Shown: positions 18,899 to 28,645 of the stretch, piece by piece
Layout of the letters: each line of letters starts with the position of its first letter
Position numbering within the stretch: the first letter of the stretch is position 1
Assembly (NCBI GenBank): GCA_963810935.1
Contig: CAWEPK010000005.1
Coordinates: 128,001 to 192,000, forward strand
Direction: 5' to 3'
Length of the DNA stretch: 64,000 nucleotides
From: an uncultured delta proteobacterium
GTDB lineage: Bacteria; Desulfobacterota; Syntrophorhabdia; Syntrophorhabdales; WCHB1-27
The notes under the pieces: model-generated
What the model was told of the DNA's origin: nothing
What the model saw: only the letters and a program-made list of their open reading frames with translations
The model's database searches: none
Program-made: the position numbers and the translations under genes

Positions 18899-19516
18899 AT
18901 GAACCGGCAGGAAGTCAAAGATATCTATTCAAGGTATTCCTCTTTCTACGACCGCATTTTTTCTCATTTTTTTTTTCCAAGGATAAGACTCGGCATCGAT
19001 AGATCGCCTATAGGCAAAGGCGACCGGATTATCGAGGTGGGCATCGGAACGGGGCTCTCACTACCGCTCTATCCCAGCGGCTGCGAGATCGTAGGGATCG
19101 ACGTCACGAGAAAAATGCTCGAAAAGGCCCAGAAAAAGAAGGCGAAGCAGAAGCTCGACCACGTTGATCTCTTCGAGATGGACGCGGAGAACATGACGTT
19201 CAACGACAACAGCTTCGACCACGCAGTCGCCGCTTTCGTCGTCACCGTCGTCCCCAACCCGGAAAAGATGGTCTCGGAGATGAAGCGGGTGACGAAGCCG
19301 GGCGGCAGCATCGTAATCCTCAACCATTTTTGCAGCAAGAACTCCTTCCTTCACAAGATTGAAGACATATTCTCCCCGCTGTGCGAGAAGTGGGGGTGGA
19401 GGTCGGACGTCACCCTCGATTTGCTCTCGAACCATTGCAATCTCCAGATAAGCCAGGTGTTGAAGAAGAACAAGCTGGACCCCTGGTCCATAATCATAGC
19501 CACCAACAATAAATGA
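18899..19516 (+). CDS. Class I SAM methyltransferase, phospholipid N-methyltransferase (PmtA)-like
   Basis: 'YSSFYD', 'IEVGIGTGLSL', 'VTVVPNP', 'LNHF'. Confidence 0.75.
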   Translation: MNRQEVKDIYSRYSSFYDRIFSHFFFPRIRLGIDRSPIGKGDRIIEVGIGTGLSLPLYPSGCEIVGIDVTRKMLEKAQKKKAKQKLDHVDLFEMDAENMTFNDNSFDHAVAAFVVTVVPNPEKMVSEMKRVTKPGGSIVILNHFCSKNSFLHKIEDIFSPLCEKWGWRSDVTLDLLSNHCNLQISQVLKKNKLDPWSIIIATNNK

Positions 19517-19517
19517 G

Positions 19518-20330
19518 ATGAAGATAGCGGGCGTACAGTTTGCGTGTTCGGACGACAAGGAGAAGAACACGGAAAAAGCCTGCAAGATGATGGACATGGC
19601 GACCGGGGAGGGGGCGAAGATCGTCTGCTTCCAGGAGCTTTTCAACCTGTACTGGTTCCCGAGGAGCAGAGACAAAGGCGCATTCGCCCTCGCCGAGAAG
19701 ATCACGGGCCCGACGGTATCGCGCATGAGGGAGAAGGCCGCCGGTGCCGGCTCGGTGGTCGTCCTGCCGTTCTTCGAGAAAGAAGGCAAAACTTTTTATA
19801 ATAGCTGCGCGGTCATCGACGCGGACGGAGAAGTGGCAGGCGTATACCGCAAGATCCATGTCCCGGATATTCCGTTGTGGGAAGAGAAATTTTATTTTTC
19901 CACGGGTAACCTGGGCTTTCCCGTGTTTTCGACGCGCCACGGCCGCATCGGCGTCCAGATATCGTGGGACAATCTCATCCCGGAGTGCGCCAGGGTCCTG
20001 AGCCTCAAGGGCGCGGACATCATTTTCGCGCCGACCGCCTGCTCCTTCAAGTCGCAGCACATCTGGCAGACCGTCATAACTAGCAACGCCATCACGAACG
20101 CCTGTTTTGTCATGCGCGTCAACAGGGTGGGGAGCGAGGAAAGCCATGATTTTTACGGCATGAGCTTCAGCGCAAGCCCGGAAGGCGAGATGATAAGCGG
20201 GCCGACGGGCAGGGCCGACGGGATCATGCTTGCGGACGTGGACCAGGTACGGTTGGCCGAGATAAGGCGGGAATGGCCTATCATCAGGGAAAGGCGCCCG
20301 GCCCTTTACACCGAGATATGTAAGGAATAA
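19518..20330 (+). CDS. Carbon-nitrogen hydrolase (N-carbamoylputrescine amidase-like)
   Basis: 'FQELF', 'YRKIHVP', 'EKFYF'. The usual nucleophile motif ICWD reads ISWD here. Confidence 0.8.
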   Translation: MKIAGVQFACSDDKEKNTEKACKMMDMATGEGAKIVCFQELFNLYWFPRSRDKGAFALAEKITGPTVSRMREKAAGAGSVVVLPFFEKEGKTFYNSCAVIDADGEVAGVYRKIHVPDIPLWEEKFYFSTGNLGFPVFSTRHGRIGVQISWDNLIPECARVLSLKGADIIFAPTACSFKSQHIWQTVITSNAITNACFVMRVNRVGSEESHDFYGMSFSASPEGEMISGPTGRADGIMLADVDQVRLAEIRREWPIIRERRPALYTEICKE

Positions 20331-20454
20331 CGAAACCCGCACCGAGACTGCCCAGGGGCCTTATGCGAAGGCGGGCAACCAGGCTGCCGCCCGAAAAACG
20401 GCCCCTTCAGGAACTTTTCCGGCTAAGGGAACGGACTAAAGAAGGAGAAAACCC

Positions 20455-22146
20455 ATGATAAGAAAGCGGATTGCAGAATTGCTCGCCCGGTCTATCGAGC
20501 GCTGCAAGAGCGAGGGCCTTCTTCCCGCTGACATAGAGATCGAGCCTTCCATCGAGATGCCGAGGGAGAAAGGGCACGGCGATTATGCAGCCCCTATCGC
20601 CTTTCTCCTTGCGAAAAAAGCGCGGAAAAACCCGGAGGCTATCGCGCGCTGCCTTGTCGAGCGCATGGACGCCGGCGATTTGTGCACCACCGTGGAGGTT
20701 GCTGCCAAAGGCTTCATCAACTTCCACGTGGCAGACCGGGCGTTCCGCCAGGAGCTGGCGGATATACTCCGGCTGGGCCTCGACCCGTTCTTTTCAGATG
20801 TCGGCACCCGAAACAAAGTCATCCTGGAGTTCGTGAGCGCGAACCCGACGGGTCCGCTCCATATAGGGCACGGTAGGGGCGCGGCAGTCGGCGACGTACT
20901 GGCGAGCATACTCTCGAGGTCCGGATACCAGGTAAGCCGGGAGTATTATGTAAACGACGCGGGCAGGCAGATCGAGACCCTGGGACGGTCCGTCTACCTC
21001 AGGTGGAAGGAGCTTCAGGGGGGAAAGGTTGAGTACCCTAAAGACCTCTACCAGGGCGACTACGTCAGGGACATCGCGGCCATGCTCCTGCCCGATGCGG
21101 CCGGGGTGCCGGCGGGGGAGGATGAGGCGGTTGCCTTCATGGCCCGGTTCGCAGCGGACCTCGTGCTCTACGGCATAAAGCAAGACCTTGAGAGCTTCGG
21201 CGTATTCTTCGACAACTATTACAGGGAGAGCGGCCTTTTTGAAAGCGGCGCCGTGGAAGCGACCATCGATGAGTTGAAGGGGCGCGGGTGGCTCAAGGAT
21301 GAGGAGGGGGCCCTCTGGTTCAAAACGTCGGAGCTGGGCGACGAGAAAGACCGCGTCCTGATAAAATCGGGCGGCGAAAAGACGTACTTTGCGTCCGACA
21401 TGGCCTATCACAGGGATAAATTCGGCCGCGGCTTCGATGCGGCGATCGACATATGGGGGTCGGACCATCACGGCTACATTGAGCGGATGAAGGCGTCGCT
21501 GGAGGCGCTCGGCATCAGCAGGGACCGTCTCAAGGTGATCCTCATCCAGTTCGTTACGCTCCTGAAAGACGGTAAGCCCATCGGGATGTCCACGAGGGCC
21601 GGCCAGTTCACGACGCTCCGGGAAGTGCTCGACGAGGTGGGCAAGGACGCGGCCAGGTTCTTCTTCCTTATGCGGAAAAGCGACGCCCACCTGGAATTCG
21701 ATCTGGACCTCGCCAAAAAGACGTCCAATGAGAACCCCGTCTTTTACGTGCAGTATGCGCACGCACGCATCCAGTCCATATTCAGGACGGCGGCCGGGCA
21801 GGGCATCGACACGTACGCTATCGCCGCGGCCGACGTAGAAAGGCTGGAGCTGCCCGAAGAGATGGACCTGATAAAGGCAATCCTCAATTTCTTCGATGTC
21901 CTGGAGGGAAGCGCCAGGAGTCTGGAGCCGCACCGCATCACCTTCTACCTGATGGACCTGGTCGGCAAGTTCCACGGTTACTACAATAAGGCCCGGGTGC
22001 TGGGAAACGAGGCGGACCTCACCATGGCACGGCTCGCCTTGATCCTGGTGCTGCAACGGGTGATCGGGGAAGGCCTTTCAATCCTGGGCATTTCGGCGCC
22101 GGAGAGAATGGAGCGCAGCGATGAGGCCGGGGTGATAAATTCCTGA
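20455..22146 (+). CDS. argS: Arginine--tRNA ligase
   Basis: 'SANPTGPLHIGHGRGA', 'GSDHHGY', 'MSTRAG', 'YVQYAHAR'. Confidence 0.97.
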   Translation: MIRKRIAELLARSIERCKSEGLLPADIEIEPSIEMPREKGHGDYAAPIAFLLAKKARKNPEAIARCLVERMDAGDLCTTVEVAAKGFINFHVADRAFRQELADILRLGLDPFFSDVGTRNKVILEFVSANPTGPLHIGHGRGAAVGDVLASILSRSGYQVSREYYVNDAGRQIETLGRSVYLRWKELQGGKVEYPKDLYQGDYVRDIAAMLLPDAAGVPAGEDEAVAFMARFAADLVLYGIKQDLESFGVFFDNYYRESGLFESGAVEATIDELKGRGWLKDEEGALWFKTSELGDEKDRVLIKSGGEKTYFASDMAYHRDKFGRGFDAAIDIWGSDHHGYIERMKASLEALGISRDRLKVILIQFVTLLKDGKPIGMSTRAGQFTTLREVLDEVGKDAARFFFLMRKSDAHLEFDLDLAKKTSNENPVFYVQYAHARIQSIFRTAAGQGIDTYAIAAADVERLELPEEMDLIKAILNFFDVLEGSARSLEPHRITFYLMDLVGKFHGYYNKARVLGNEADLTMARLALILVLQRVIGEGLSILGISAPERMERSDEAGVINS

Positions 22147-22217
22147 TTTTAGGTTATAATGACCCTCTGTAAGGGTCGCGGGGAGGGGGCGACGCGAGCC
22201 CCGGTAATGGAGAGCCA

Positions 22218-22838
22218 ATGAGACAAAAAAGCAAAACGCGGGAATACATCGAGTCCCTTCTTATCGCTGCGCTCATCGCCTTGTTCGTGCGTGGCTTCAT
22301 AGTGCAGGCGTTCAAGATCCCCTCAAGCTCCATGGAGCCCACCCTGCTCATCGGCGACCACCTGCTGGTCAACAGACTCAGCTATGTGACGAAAGTCCCG
22401 TTTACCGATACGGTTCTTCTCAACCTCGGCAACCCTGTAAAAGGCGACGTAATCGTTTTCCGCTATCCCGCAGACAGGAGCAAGGATTTCATAAAAAGGG
22501 TCATCGGGACCGAGGGAGACGTAATCCAAATAAAGGAAAAGGCCATTTACATCAACGGAAAGAAGGTGAGCGACTCACATGCCTTTTTCGCCGAAGAGAC
22601 GGTCATTCCCGGTGCTTTCTCGCAGCGCGACAACTTCGGGCCGATCACGGTCCCAAAGGACTCCTACTTCGTCATGGGCGACAACAGGGACAGGAGTCTC
22701 GACAGCAGGTTCTGGGGATTTGTGAAAAAAGAGGACCTGGTCGGACGTGCCCTCGTTATCTACTTCTCCTGGAACAGCAACGCTCCCGATATCATCCATC
22801 ATGTGCGATGGGATAGAATGGGAAGGGTGATACGGTAG
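22218..22838 (+). CDS. lepB: Signal peptidase I
   Basis: 'IPSSSMEPTL', 'FIKRVIG', 'GDNRDRSLDSR'. Confidence 0.96.
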   Translation: MRQKSKTREYIESLLIAALIALFVRGFIVQAFKIPSSSMEPTLLIGDHLLVNRLSYVTKVPFTDTVLLNLGNPVKGDVIVFRYPADRSKDFIKRVIGTEGDVIQIKEKAIYINGKKVSDSHAFFAEETVIPGAFSQRDNFGPITVPKDSYFVMGDNRDRSLDSRFWGFVKKEDLVGRALVIYFSWNSNAPDIIHHVRWDRMGRVIR

Positions 22839-22886
22839 CACCCTGTTGAATTTTGAATATTATTGAAAAAGAGGTATCATATTAAT

Positions 22887-24566
22887 ATGAAAAGGCTTCT
22901 GTTCGTCCTTTTCGTCGGTTTCATCGTTTTCGCTATTATCTCCCCGGCACTGGCCGCGCGGGGGCCGGGCGACGCCTTCTTCTCTTTCCTGAAGGGATAC
23001 AGGGAGGCGCAGGCGGGTAAATACGACGAGGCGCTGAAATCCTACAACTCCGCCCTCGCCTCCGACCCCGGTTCTTCGGCCATCAAAGGCGAGATGGCGT
23101 TGATTTACCTGAAGAAAGGCGAGTTCGAGAAGGCCGAGGGCCTGCTCCAGGAGGCCGTAAAGGTATCGCCCAAGAACCGGCATAGCTTAATGCTGCTCGC
23201 CGGCCTTTACTCTTCAAGGAACCAGTTCGACAAGGCGCGGCGCCTCTACGAAGAATGCATATCCATGGACAAAGAGGATACGGAGGCCTACCTGCTCCTC
23301 GGCTCCGTTGTGATAGCCCAGAAAAACTACCCGGAAGCTGCCGCTATTTACGAAAAAGTGCTCGCTTACGATGAAGACAACCTCATGGCCCTCTATTACG
23401 CGGGAAGGCTGCAAGGGGAGCTGAAGAACTACGACAAGGCGCGAAGCTACTACGAGAAGCTCCTTGGCCTGAAACCCAACTTCGAGCTCGCCCTGCTCGA
23501 CATAGCGACGCTCTCCGAGATGGAGGGCAAGCTGGACGCGGCAGTCGAATACTATAAGAGGGCCATCCAGGTGAACCCGGCGGGCAAGAAGGCCAGGGCG
23601 AGGATAGCAGCGATCTACATCCAGAAGAAAGATTACGACAGGGCAATCTTCGAGTTCGAGAAGCTGTCCGACCTCGACCGCGAAGACCTCTCGATAAGGG
23701 AAAACATCGGCCTTTTGCACCTCGAAAAAGGAAGGTACGAGCAGGCCATCCAGGAGTTCAGCCTGATCCTGGCCTCAAGGCCCAAAGACAACAAGGCAAG
23801 GCTTTACCTCGCCGTGGTTCTGCAGGAAAAGGGCGACCTGAAAAGGGCGACCGAGGAGTTCCTGAAAGTGGACCCCAAGACGGACGAGTTCCATTCCGCC
23901 TCCCGGAACCTCCTCGCTCTTTTTGTGAAGGAAGGCAAGGTCGACGATGGCCTGACGCAGGTAGAGGGGCTGATCGAGAAGACCGGCAAGAACGTCCCGC
24001 TCTTCCTGCTGAAGGCGGCCCTTCTCGAAGAGAAATCGGAGTATGCGGACGGCATCAAGGTCTTGGAGACTGCAAGGCAGATGGAACCGCAGAACGTGGA
24101 CCTTCTGTACCAGCTTGCCATGCTTTACGAGAAGAACGGGGATAACGCGACGGCGATGCGCTATATGGAAGACATACTGAAGACGGAGCCCGACAACGCC
24201 GGCGCGCTCAACTTCATAGGTTACAGCTTCGCAGAAAAAGGCATCAACCTCGATCGGGCCGAAGAGCTTATCAAGAAGGCCCTTGAGAAGAGGCCCGACG
24301 ACGGCTATATCATCGACAGCCTCGGCTGGGTCTTTTACAACAAGAAAGAGTACCCGAAGGCCCTGGTGGAGATGCTCAAGGCCCAGACCCTCGTCTCCGA
24401 CGATGGGGTCATCGCGGAGCACCTTTCGGATGTCTACGTGAAGCTCGGCCAGTACGACAAGGCGATAGAAATCCTTCGGCATTCGATAGGCCTCGAGAAA
24501 AAGCAGGACCGCAAGAAGGCCCTGGAAGAAAAACTGAAGGGCATAGAACAACAGAAGCGCAAGTGA
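22887..24566 (+). CDS. Exported tetratricopeptide repeat protein
   Basis: Signal peptide, many TPRs, 'ALNFIGYS', 'IIDSLGW'; this family usually precedes lolB. Confidence 0.85.
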   Translation: MKRLLFVLFVGFIVFAIISPALAARGPGDAFFSFLKGYREAQAGKYDEALKSYNSALASDPGSSAIKGEMALIYLKKGEFEKAEGLLQEAVKVSPKNRHSLMLLAGLYSSRNQFDKARRLYEECISMDKEDTEAYLLLGSVVIAQKNYPEAAAIYEKVLAYDEDNLMALYYAGRLQGELKNYDKARSYYEKLLGLKPNFELALLDIATLSEMEGKLDAAVEYYKRAIQVNPAGKKARARIAAIYIQKKDYDRAIFEFEKLSDLDREDLSIRENIGLLHLEKGRYEQAIQEFSLILASRPKDNKARLYLAVVLQEKGDLKRATEEFLKVDPKTDEFHSASRNLLALFVKEGKVDDGLTQVEGLIEKTGKNVPLFLLKAALLEEKSEYADGIKVLETARQMEPQNVDLLYQLAMLYEKNGDNATAMRYMEDILKTEPDNAGALNFIGYSFAEKGINLDRAEELIKKALEKRPDDGYIIDSLGWVFYNKKEYPKALVEMLKAQTLVSDDGVIAEHLSDVYVKLGQYDKAIEILRHSIGLEKKQDRKKALEEKLKGIEQQKRK

Positions 24567-25075
24567 AGCGCCTACTACTGCTTGCCTCATTTTTAATTCT
24601 CCTCTCGGCCTGCGCGCTCGCCCCGCAAAAATTCGAAAGGCCGGAATGGCCGTCCGACATCACCTCCCTTACCGGCGAGGGCGACGTCGAAGTGACGTGG
24701 GCAAAGGAGCACTTTTCCGGGCCTTTCGTGGTTAAGATGCATTACCCCGGGTCATTCCTCTTCGAGGTGTTCGGCTCTTTCGGCCAGACCCTTCTGCATG
24801 TTGAAAAAGAAGACGGGCGATTCCTCCTTATGGCAGGCGACGAGAAAACGACCGACGAGTCTGTCTTCGAGAAGCGCTACGGCTTTTCCGTCAGCCGGCT
24901 GATGGACGACCTTTCGGCGAGGGGACGCAGGGAGGAGGCGCCGGGCGGCTGGGTGATAACGCGCGAGGGTTACAGCGTCCGCTACGGTCAGGACCGGCAC
25001 GGCCGCAGGAACGTCTGTTGGCAGGGCGAGAAGGGCACCATCTGCCTGACGTTCGACCGGATGGAATTCTCCTGA
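24563..25075 (+). CDS. Lipoprotein, LolB-like
   Basis: Lipobox 'LSAC', beta-rich body with 'FGSFGQ'; coupled to the TPR gene (GTGA). Confidence 0.55.
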   Translation: MKRLLLLASFLILLSACALAPQKFERPEWPSDITSLTGEGDVEVTWAKEHFSGPFVVKMHYPGSFLFEVFGSFGQTLLHVEKEDGRFLLMAGDEKTTDESVFEKRYGFSVSRLMDDLSARGRREEAPGGWVITREGYSVRYGQDRHGRRNVCWQGEKGTICLTFDRMEFS

Positions 25076-25090
25076 TAATGCCTAAGTAGT

Positions 25091-25118
25091 ATGACCCTGC
25101 TGCTTGCAGCAGGGTCAT
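25091..25118. other. Perfect 13-bp inverted repeat abutting repeat copy 1
   Basis: ATGACCCTGCTGC-TT-GCAGCAGGGTCAT. Confidence 0.8.
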
Positions 25119-25198
25119 AAAGCAAGCGTAGCGCCGCGCCGAGGGGGGAGGCTCTGCGAGCTTCGCTCGCGGAGGGGGCGCTGAGCCCCAATAATTGC
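25117..25198 (+). repeat. Dispersed structured repeat, copy 1
   Basis: ATAAAGCAAGCG...GCGCCGAGnGGGGAGGC-[hairpin]-GGAGGGGGCGCTGAGCCCCAAT; homologous to 28441-28523 (minus) and 51194-51306 (plus). Confidence 0.88.
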
Positions 25199-25333
25199 AT
25201 GTCGTAAAGTGTGCCAAACCTCCGGGTATGATAGTCGGATTGAAAGAACGCGGGGATGGAATGGGCGCGAAGAGGCGTTTATGCGGAGTGAACAGTAGTA
25301 TCTCAGCAGCAGGTTCAGGGAATCAACAAGTAT

Positions 25334-26398
25334 ATGTCTGAGATCGTCGCAGGCGGATGCCCAAGCTACGACGTGGACATTATTCAGGCCTTCCTGGCGC
25401 GGGCCTTCGCCGAATTCAACACGCTGCCCGCAGGCGGCAAAGTCCTTTTGAAACCCAACCTTCTCCTCGGGAAACCACCCGAAAAAGCCGTCAATACCCA
25501 CCCGATCTTAGTGCGTGCCGTTGCCCTCATGCTTTTGGAACGCGGGTGCTCCATTTTCGTCGGAGACAGCCCCGGTTATGAGTCGACCGAGAAGGCCCTG
25601 GAAAAATCGGGCATCATGGATATCGTGCGAGACCTGGGACTCCATGTCGCGCATTTCAACAAAAGAGTGCCAAAGGAGGTCGTGAAAGGCATCTCGCCGT
25701 ACAGGGAACTGACGTTCGGCGAGGACCCCCTCGACTTCGATTTTATAATCAACATGCCGAAGCTCAAAACCCACGCCATGGTGGGCCTGACTGCGGGCGT
25801 GAAGAACCTCTTCGGGTTCGTCCCCTCTCTCGGCAAGGCAAAATGGCACCTGCGGTGCGGGGCCGATAAGCGCCTTTTCACGTCACTGCTCTTGGACATA
25901 TACACTACGGTCGGACCCGGACTGACAGTCCTCGATGGCATTATCGCCATGGACGGCGAGGGGCCGACCAACGGCCGGCCGCGTAATTTAGGCATCGTTG
26001 CGGTCTCCGACGACGCCATTGCCCTCGACGCGTTCCTGGAGAAAAGGCTCTCGATACCCTTTCCGCTGCCCGTCTCCGTCATGGCCGCCGAGAAGGGATT
26101 ACTGAAGGAAGCGAACGTGGTCGATCTGGGTATGCCTGCGGTGCGGGATCTTCTGCTGCCGCCGTCAATGGAGGTCGACTGGAACCTTCCGCCCCTCATA
26201 AGAGAGACGGTCAGGCGCGTCTTCACGAGGAAGCCGAAGTGCGCCCGCAGGAAATGCAGCCTCTGCGGGACCTGCATAAACGTCTGTCCCGCAGGCGCTA
26301 TAGCCGGTGGGGAAACAAAAATCTCCTTCGATTATCACAAGTGCATCAGGTGTTTCTGCTGCAGCGAGATGTGCCCGGCCGGCGCGATCAGCGCTTAG
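25334..26398 (+). CDS. DUF362 domain protein with a C-terminal 2x[4Fe-4S] ferredoxin domain
   Basis: 'KPNLL', 'NTHP', 'PKLKTH', two CxxCxxCxxxCP motifs. Confidence 0.88.
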   Translation: MSEIVAGGCPSYDVDIIQAFLARAFAEFNTLPAGGKVLLKPNLLLGKPPEKAVNTHPILVRAVALMLLERGCSIFVGDSPGYESTEKALEKSGIMDIVRDLGLHVAHFNKRVPKEVVKGISPYRELTFGEDPLDFDFIINMPKLKTHAMVGLTAGVKNLFGFVPSLGKAKWHLRCGADKRLFTSLLLDIYTTVGPGLTVLDGIIAMDGEGPTNGRPRNLGIVAVSDDAIALDAFLEKRLSIPFPLPVSVMAAEKGLLKEANVVDLGMPAVRDLLLPPSMEVDWNLPPLIRETVRRVFTRKPKCARRKCSLCGTCINVCPAGAIAGGETKISFDYHKCIRCFCCSEMCPAGAISA

Positions 26399-26429
26399 AA
26401 ACCGGTGGTCCCGGGAACGGCCTTTCGTT

Positions 26430-26696
26430 CTATCTCTCAAGGGGTGATGACGGCAGGGGCGTCGCCTCAACAATATCCCATGCCGTTGTTCCCTTAGTTT
26501 GCAGGATCACCTGAGAGGGTGAGACCGACTCGATTGCCGTGTAGGGGACGAGTGTTACAGGGGCGCCGGCGTCGCAGAGGAGGAATTCTTTTTCGCGGAA
26601 GCCCCGGACGAAACCGAGGGGGCGCCTGTCAACGGTCAGGACCTCCATCCCCTCTGCCACGTCCGGCCTTACCGGACATCCAACGGTCCTATCCAT
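26430..26696 (-). CDS. Small PRC-barrel/DUF2171-like hypothetical protein
   Basis: 'EGMEVLTVDRRPLGFV...VPYTAIESV'; TTGATT-16 nt-TATCTT ends 7 nt before the ATG. Confidence 0.5.
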   Translation of the reverse strand: MDRTVGCPVRPDVAEGMEVLTVDRRPLGFVRGFREKEFLLCDAGAPVTLVPYTAIESVSPSQVILQTKGTTAWDIVEATPLPSSPLER

Positions 26697-26733
26697 AAAT
26701 CCGAAGATAATACAGGTTTCACGGAAATCAAGG

Positions 26734-26771
26734 GCGGAAACGTCCGTCCACGCGGGGACGGACGTTTCCGC
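26734..26771. terminator. Perfect 16-bp inverted repeat downstream of satP (terminator or REP-like)
   Basis: GCGGAAACGTCCGTCC-ACGCGG-GGACGGACGTTTCCGC; only a weak U-tract follows on the minus strand. Confidence 0.5.
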
Positions 26772-26867
26772 TATCTTCGGCATGGTAATGCGCTGACCGG
26801 CAGGCAATGCCTGCTCGGCATCCGGCCCTTGCGTTCTGTGGAAGGGCCGTCGCTATTGCGAAGGACC

Positions 26868-27455
26868 TTACCTTGCGCCGGCGAGCTTGACTGCCGGGGC
26901 CGCCTGGTCGCCTATAGGAAGCACCGTCCTGCCGTGGACTTCGTTGAGCACCTCAGCCATGGCGAGGTAAAAAGCGGACGCGCCGCACGTGATGCCTTCC
27001 CATCCGGCAATCGTTCCTATGGTCGCGCTGCCGGCCCAGTCCCTGATCGCCAGAAGCCAGAAAAGGATCGTGAGGCTGAGGAATACATACTGGATGACCC
27101 TGTTCTTGCCCCATGTGCCGAACCACATGAAGAAGGTGAACGTTCCCCAGCAGAAGAGATACCAGCCCATGAACCCCGGAGAAACCCCCGGCAGCTCTTT
27201 GAACACAATGATGAATACGAGGCTCATCCAGAAAAGACCGTAGGACGTGAAAGCAGTCATGCCGAACGTATTGCCTTTCTTGAATTCCAATATCCCCGCG
27301 ATGACCTGCGCTATGCCGCCGTAACAGACCCCCATAGCCAGTATCATGGAACCCATAGGAAAAATGCCCGCGTTGTGAATGTTCAAAAGTATTGTGGTCA
27401 TGCCGAAGCCTGCAAGCCCGAGCGGCGCCGGATTCCCTAGTTTTTCCGCTTCCAT
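26868..27455 (-). CDS. satP: Acetate uptake transporter (SatP; GPR1/FUN34/YaaH family)
   Basis: 'NPAPLGLAGFGMTT', 'YGGIAQ', 'GNTFG..AFTSYG.FW'. Confidence 0.93.
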   Translation of the reverse strand: MEAEKLGNPAPLGLAGFGMTTILLNIHNAGIFPMGSMILAMGVCYGGIAQVIAGILEFKKGNTFGMTAFTSYGLFWMSLVFIIVFKELPGVSPGFMGWYLFCWGTFTFFMWFGTWGKNRVIQYVFLSLTILFWLLAIRDWAGSATIGTIAGWEGITCGASAFYLAMAEVLNEVHGRTVLPIGDQAAPAVKLAGAR

Positions 27456-27586
27456 TTGACCCCCCCGTCGTATTTAATGGCTTGTGCAGTTGTTCACAAG
27501 TAGGAGAATATACTACGGCTTCCGAAAACGTGTCAACTCTTTCGTTTAGGTTGAGCAAAAAATAGCCGATAAGATAGCAGGCTCTT

Positions 27587-27898
27587 ATGGCGAGACAATA
27601 CGAACCTGAAGAACAGACCGGCCGATGCGTGCATATCCGCCGCCTCCTGGGCAAGCGGCTGAGGATTCCTCTCGTCGCCACGGTCGAGCCTGTCAATCCC
27701 GGCTTTGTGGCGCACGCAGGGGGCATCTCCGTCTTCGGCTACGGAGACAACGCCACGGAGGCAATCGAGGTGCTGAAGGAAGGGATAGAGAACATGTGTC
27801 TGGACGACGAGTTCGTAGACCTGCGGGCCGCCGTTCAGAGGATGCTGCTGCTGGAAAACGTCATGGCGGGCGAAAGACCGCAGGGCCTGGGCAGTTAA
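27587..27898 (+). CDS. HicB-like N-terminal domain protein
   Basis: 'FVAHAGGISVFGYGDNATEAIEVLKEGIE' resembles the HicB G-D-x-x-x-E-A motif. Confidence 0.45.
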   Translation: MARQYEPEEQTGRCVHIRRLLGKRLRIPLVATVEPVNPGFVAHAGGISVFGYGDNATEAIEVLKEGIENMCLDDEFVDLRAAVQRMLLLENVMAGERPQGLGS

Positions 27899-27901
27899 GC
27901 C

Positions 27902-28357
27902 TTAGGTCTGGCGCTTTTTCTCCTTTATCGTTTTCTTCTTATCTACCGGCCGTTTCTTTTGAACGTCATCTTTCGCTTTTTGCGCGCTTATCGCCTGTAT
28001 GTCAGTCTGCAGCCGGGCGATGTCGCCCTTAAGCTTGTCGACCTCGCCGCCGGATTTCTCGAGCTTTGCGTTGAGCGCAGCCACTTCTCCTTTGATGTCA
28101 TCGAACATCTTCTTGTCCGGCTGGCCGCGTAGTGATGTCACCTCGCGGTCCAGGCGGTCGATCCTCGCAAAAGAAACAAAGCATAACAAGAGCAGTACTG
28201 CCGCCACTATCGTCGGGGCAAGCAGCCCCCTTCCGACCTTCCGGGCGGGCGCGCGTTCATAAGCCTCGGTTCCCTGCCCCTGCACAGGCTCGTAGCTCTG
28301 GCTCCTCAGAAACTCCTCCACGCTCTTTCCCTGCTTGCCTCTACCGATACCGGCCAT
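27902..28357 (-). CDS. Single-TM coiled-coil hypothetical protein
   Basis: One TM helix, heptad-rich segment, basic tail; GGAGGAG SD. Confidence 0.6.
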   Translation of the reverse strand: MAGIGRGKQGKSVEEFLRSQSYEPVQGQGTEAYERAPARKVGRGLLAPTIVAAVLLLLCFVSFARIDRLDREVTSLRGQPDKKMFDDIKGEVAALNAKLEKSGGEVDKLKGDIARLQTDIQAISAQKAKDDVQKKRPVDKKKTIKEKKRQT

Positions 28358-28440
28358 TACTTACTCCTCCCGATGCGCGTCTTCAAACCATGCCCTAGTC
28401 TATATTCCGCAGGCGATATTTTGCAACACTTTTGTTGGGG

Positions 28441-28523
28441 CCAGTTATTGGGGCTCAGCGCCCCCTCCACCGGCAAAGCCGGCTGGAGCCTCCCCGCTCG
28501 GCGCGGCGCTACGCTTGCTTTAT
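28441..28523 (-). repeat. Dispersed structured repeat, copy 2
   Basis: Reverse complement matches the flanks of copy 1 almost exactly, with a different central hairpin sequence. Confidence 0.88.
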
Positions 28524-28645
28524 AAAACAGCGCCGATGCGAGTAAATGCTTGAAGAGCGCTTCAATTGACAGGGAGGCCATAGTGTTTATCTTTGAACTA
28601 TCCAAAAGAACCGAAAGCCGGAAGATACGACCAAGGAGGCAGCGT

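Noticed and set aside
20355..20405. Hairpin upstream of argS as a T-box leader
   Set aside because: No GGTGGNACC T-box motif and too short for stem I; likely an ordinary intergenic stem.
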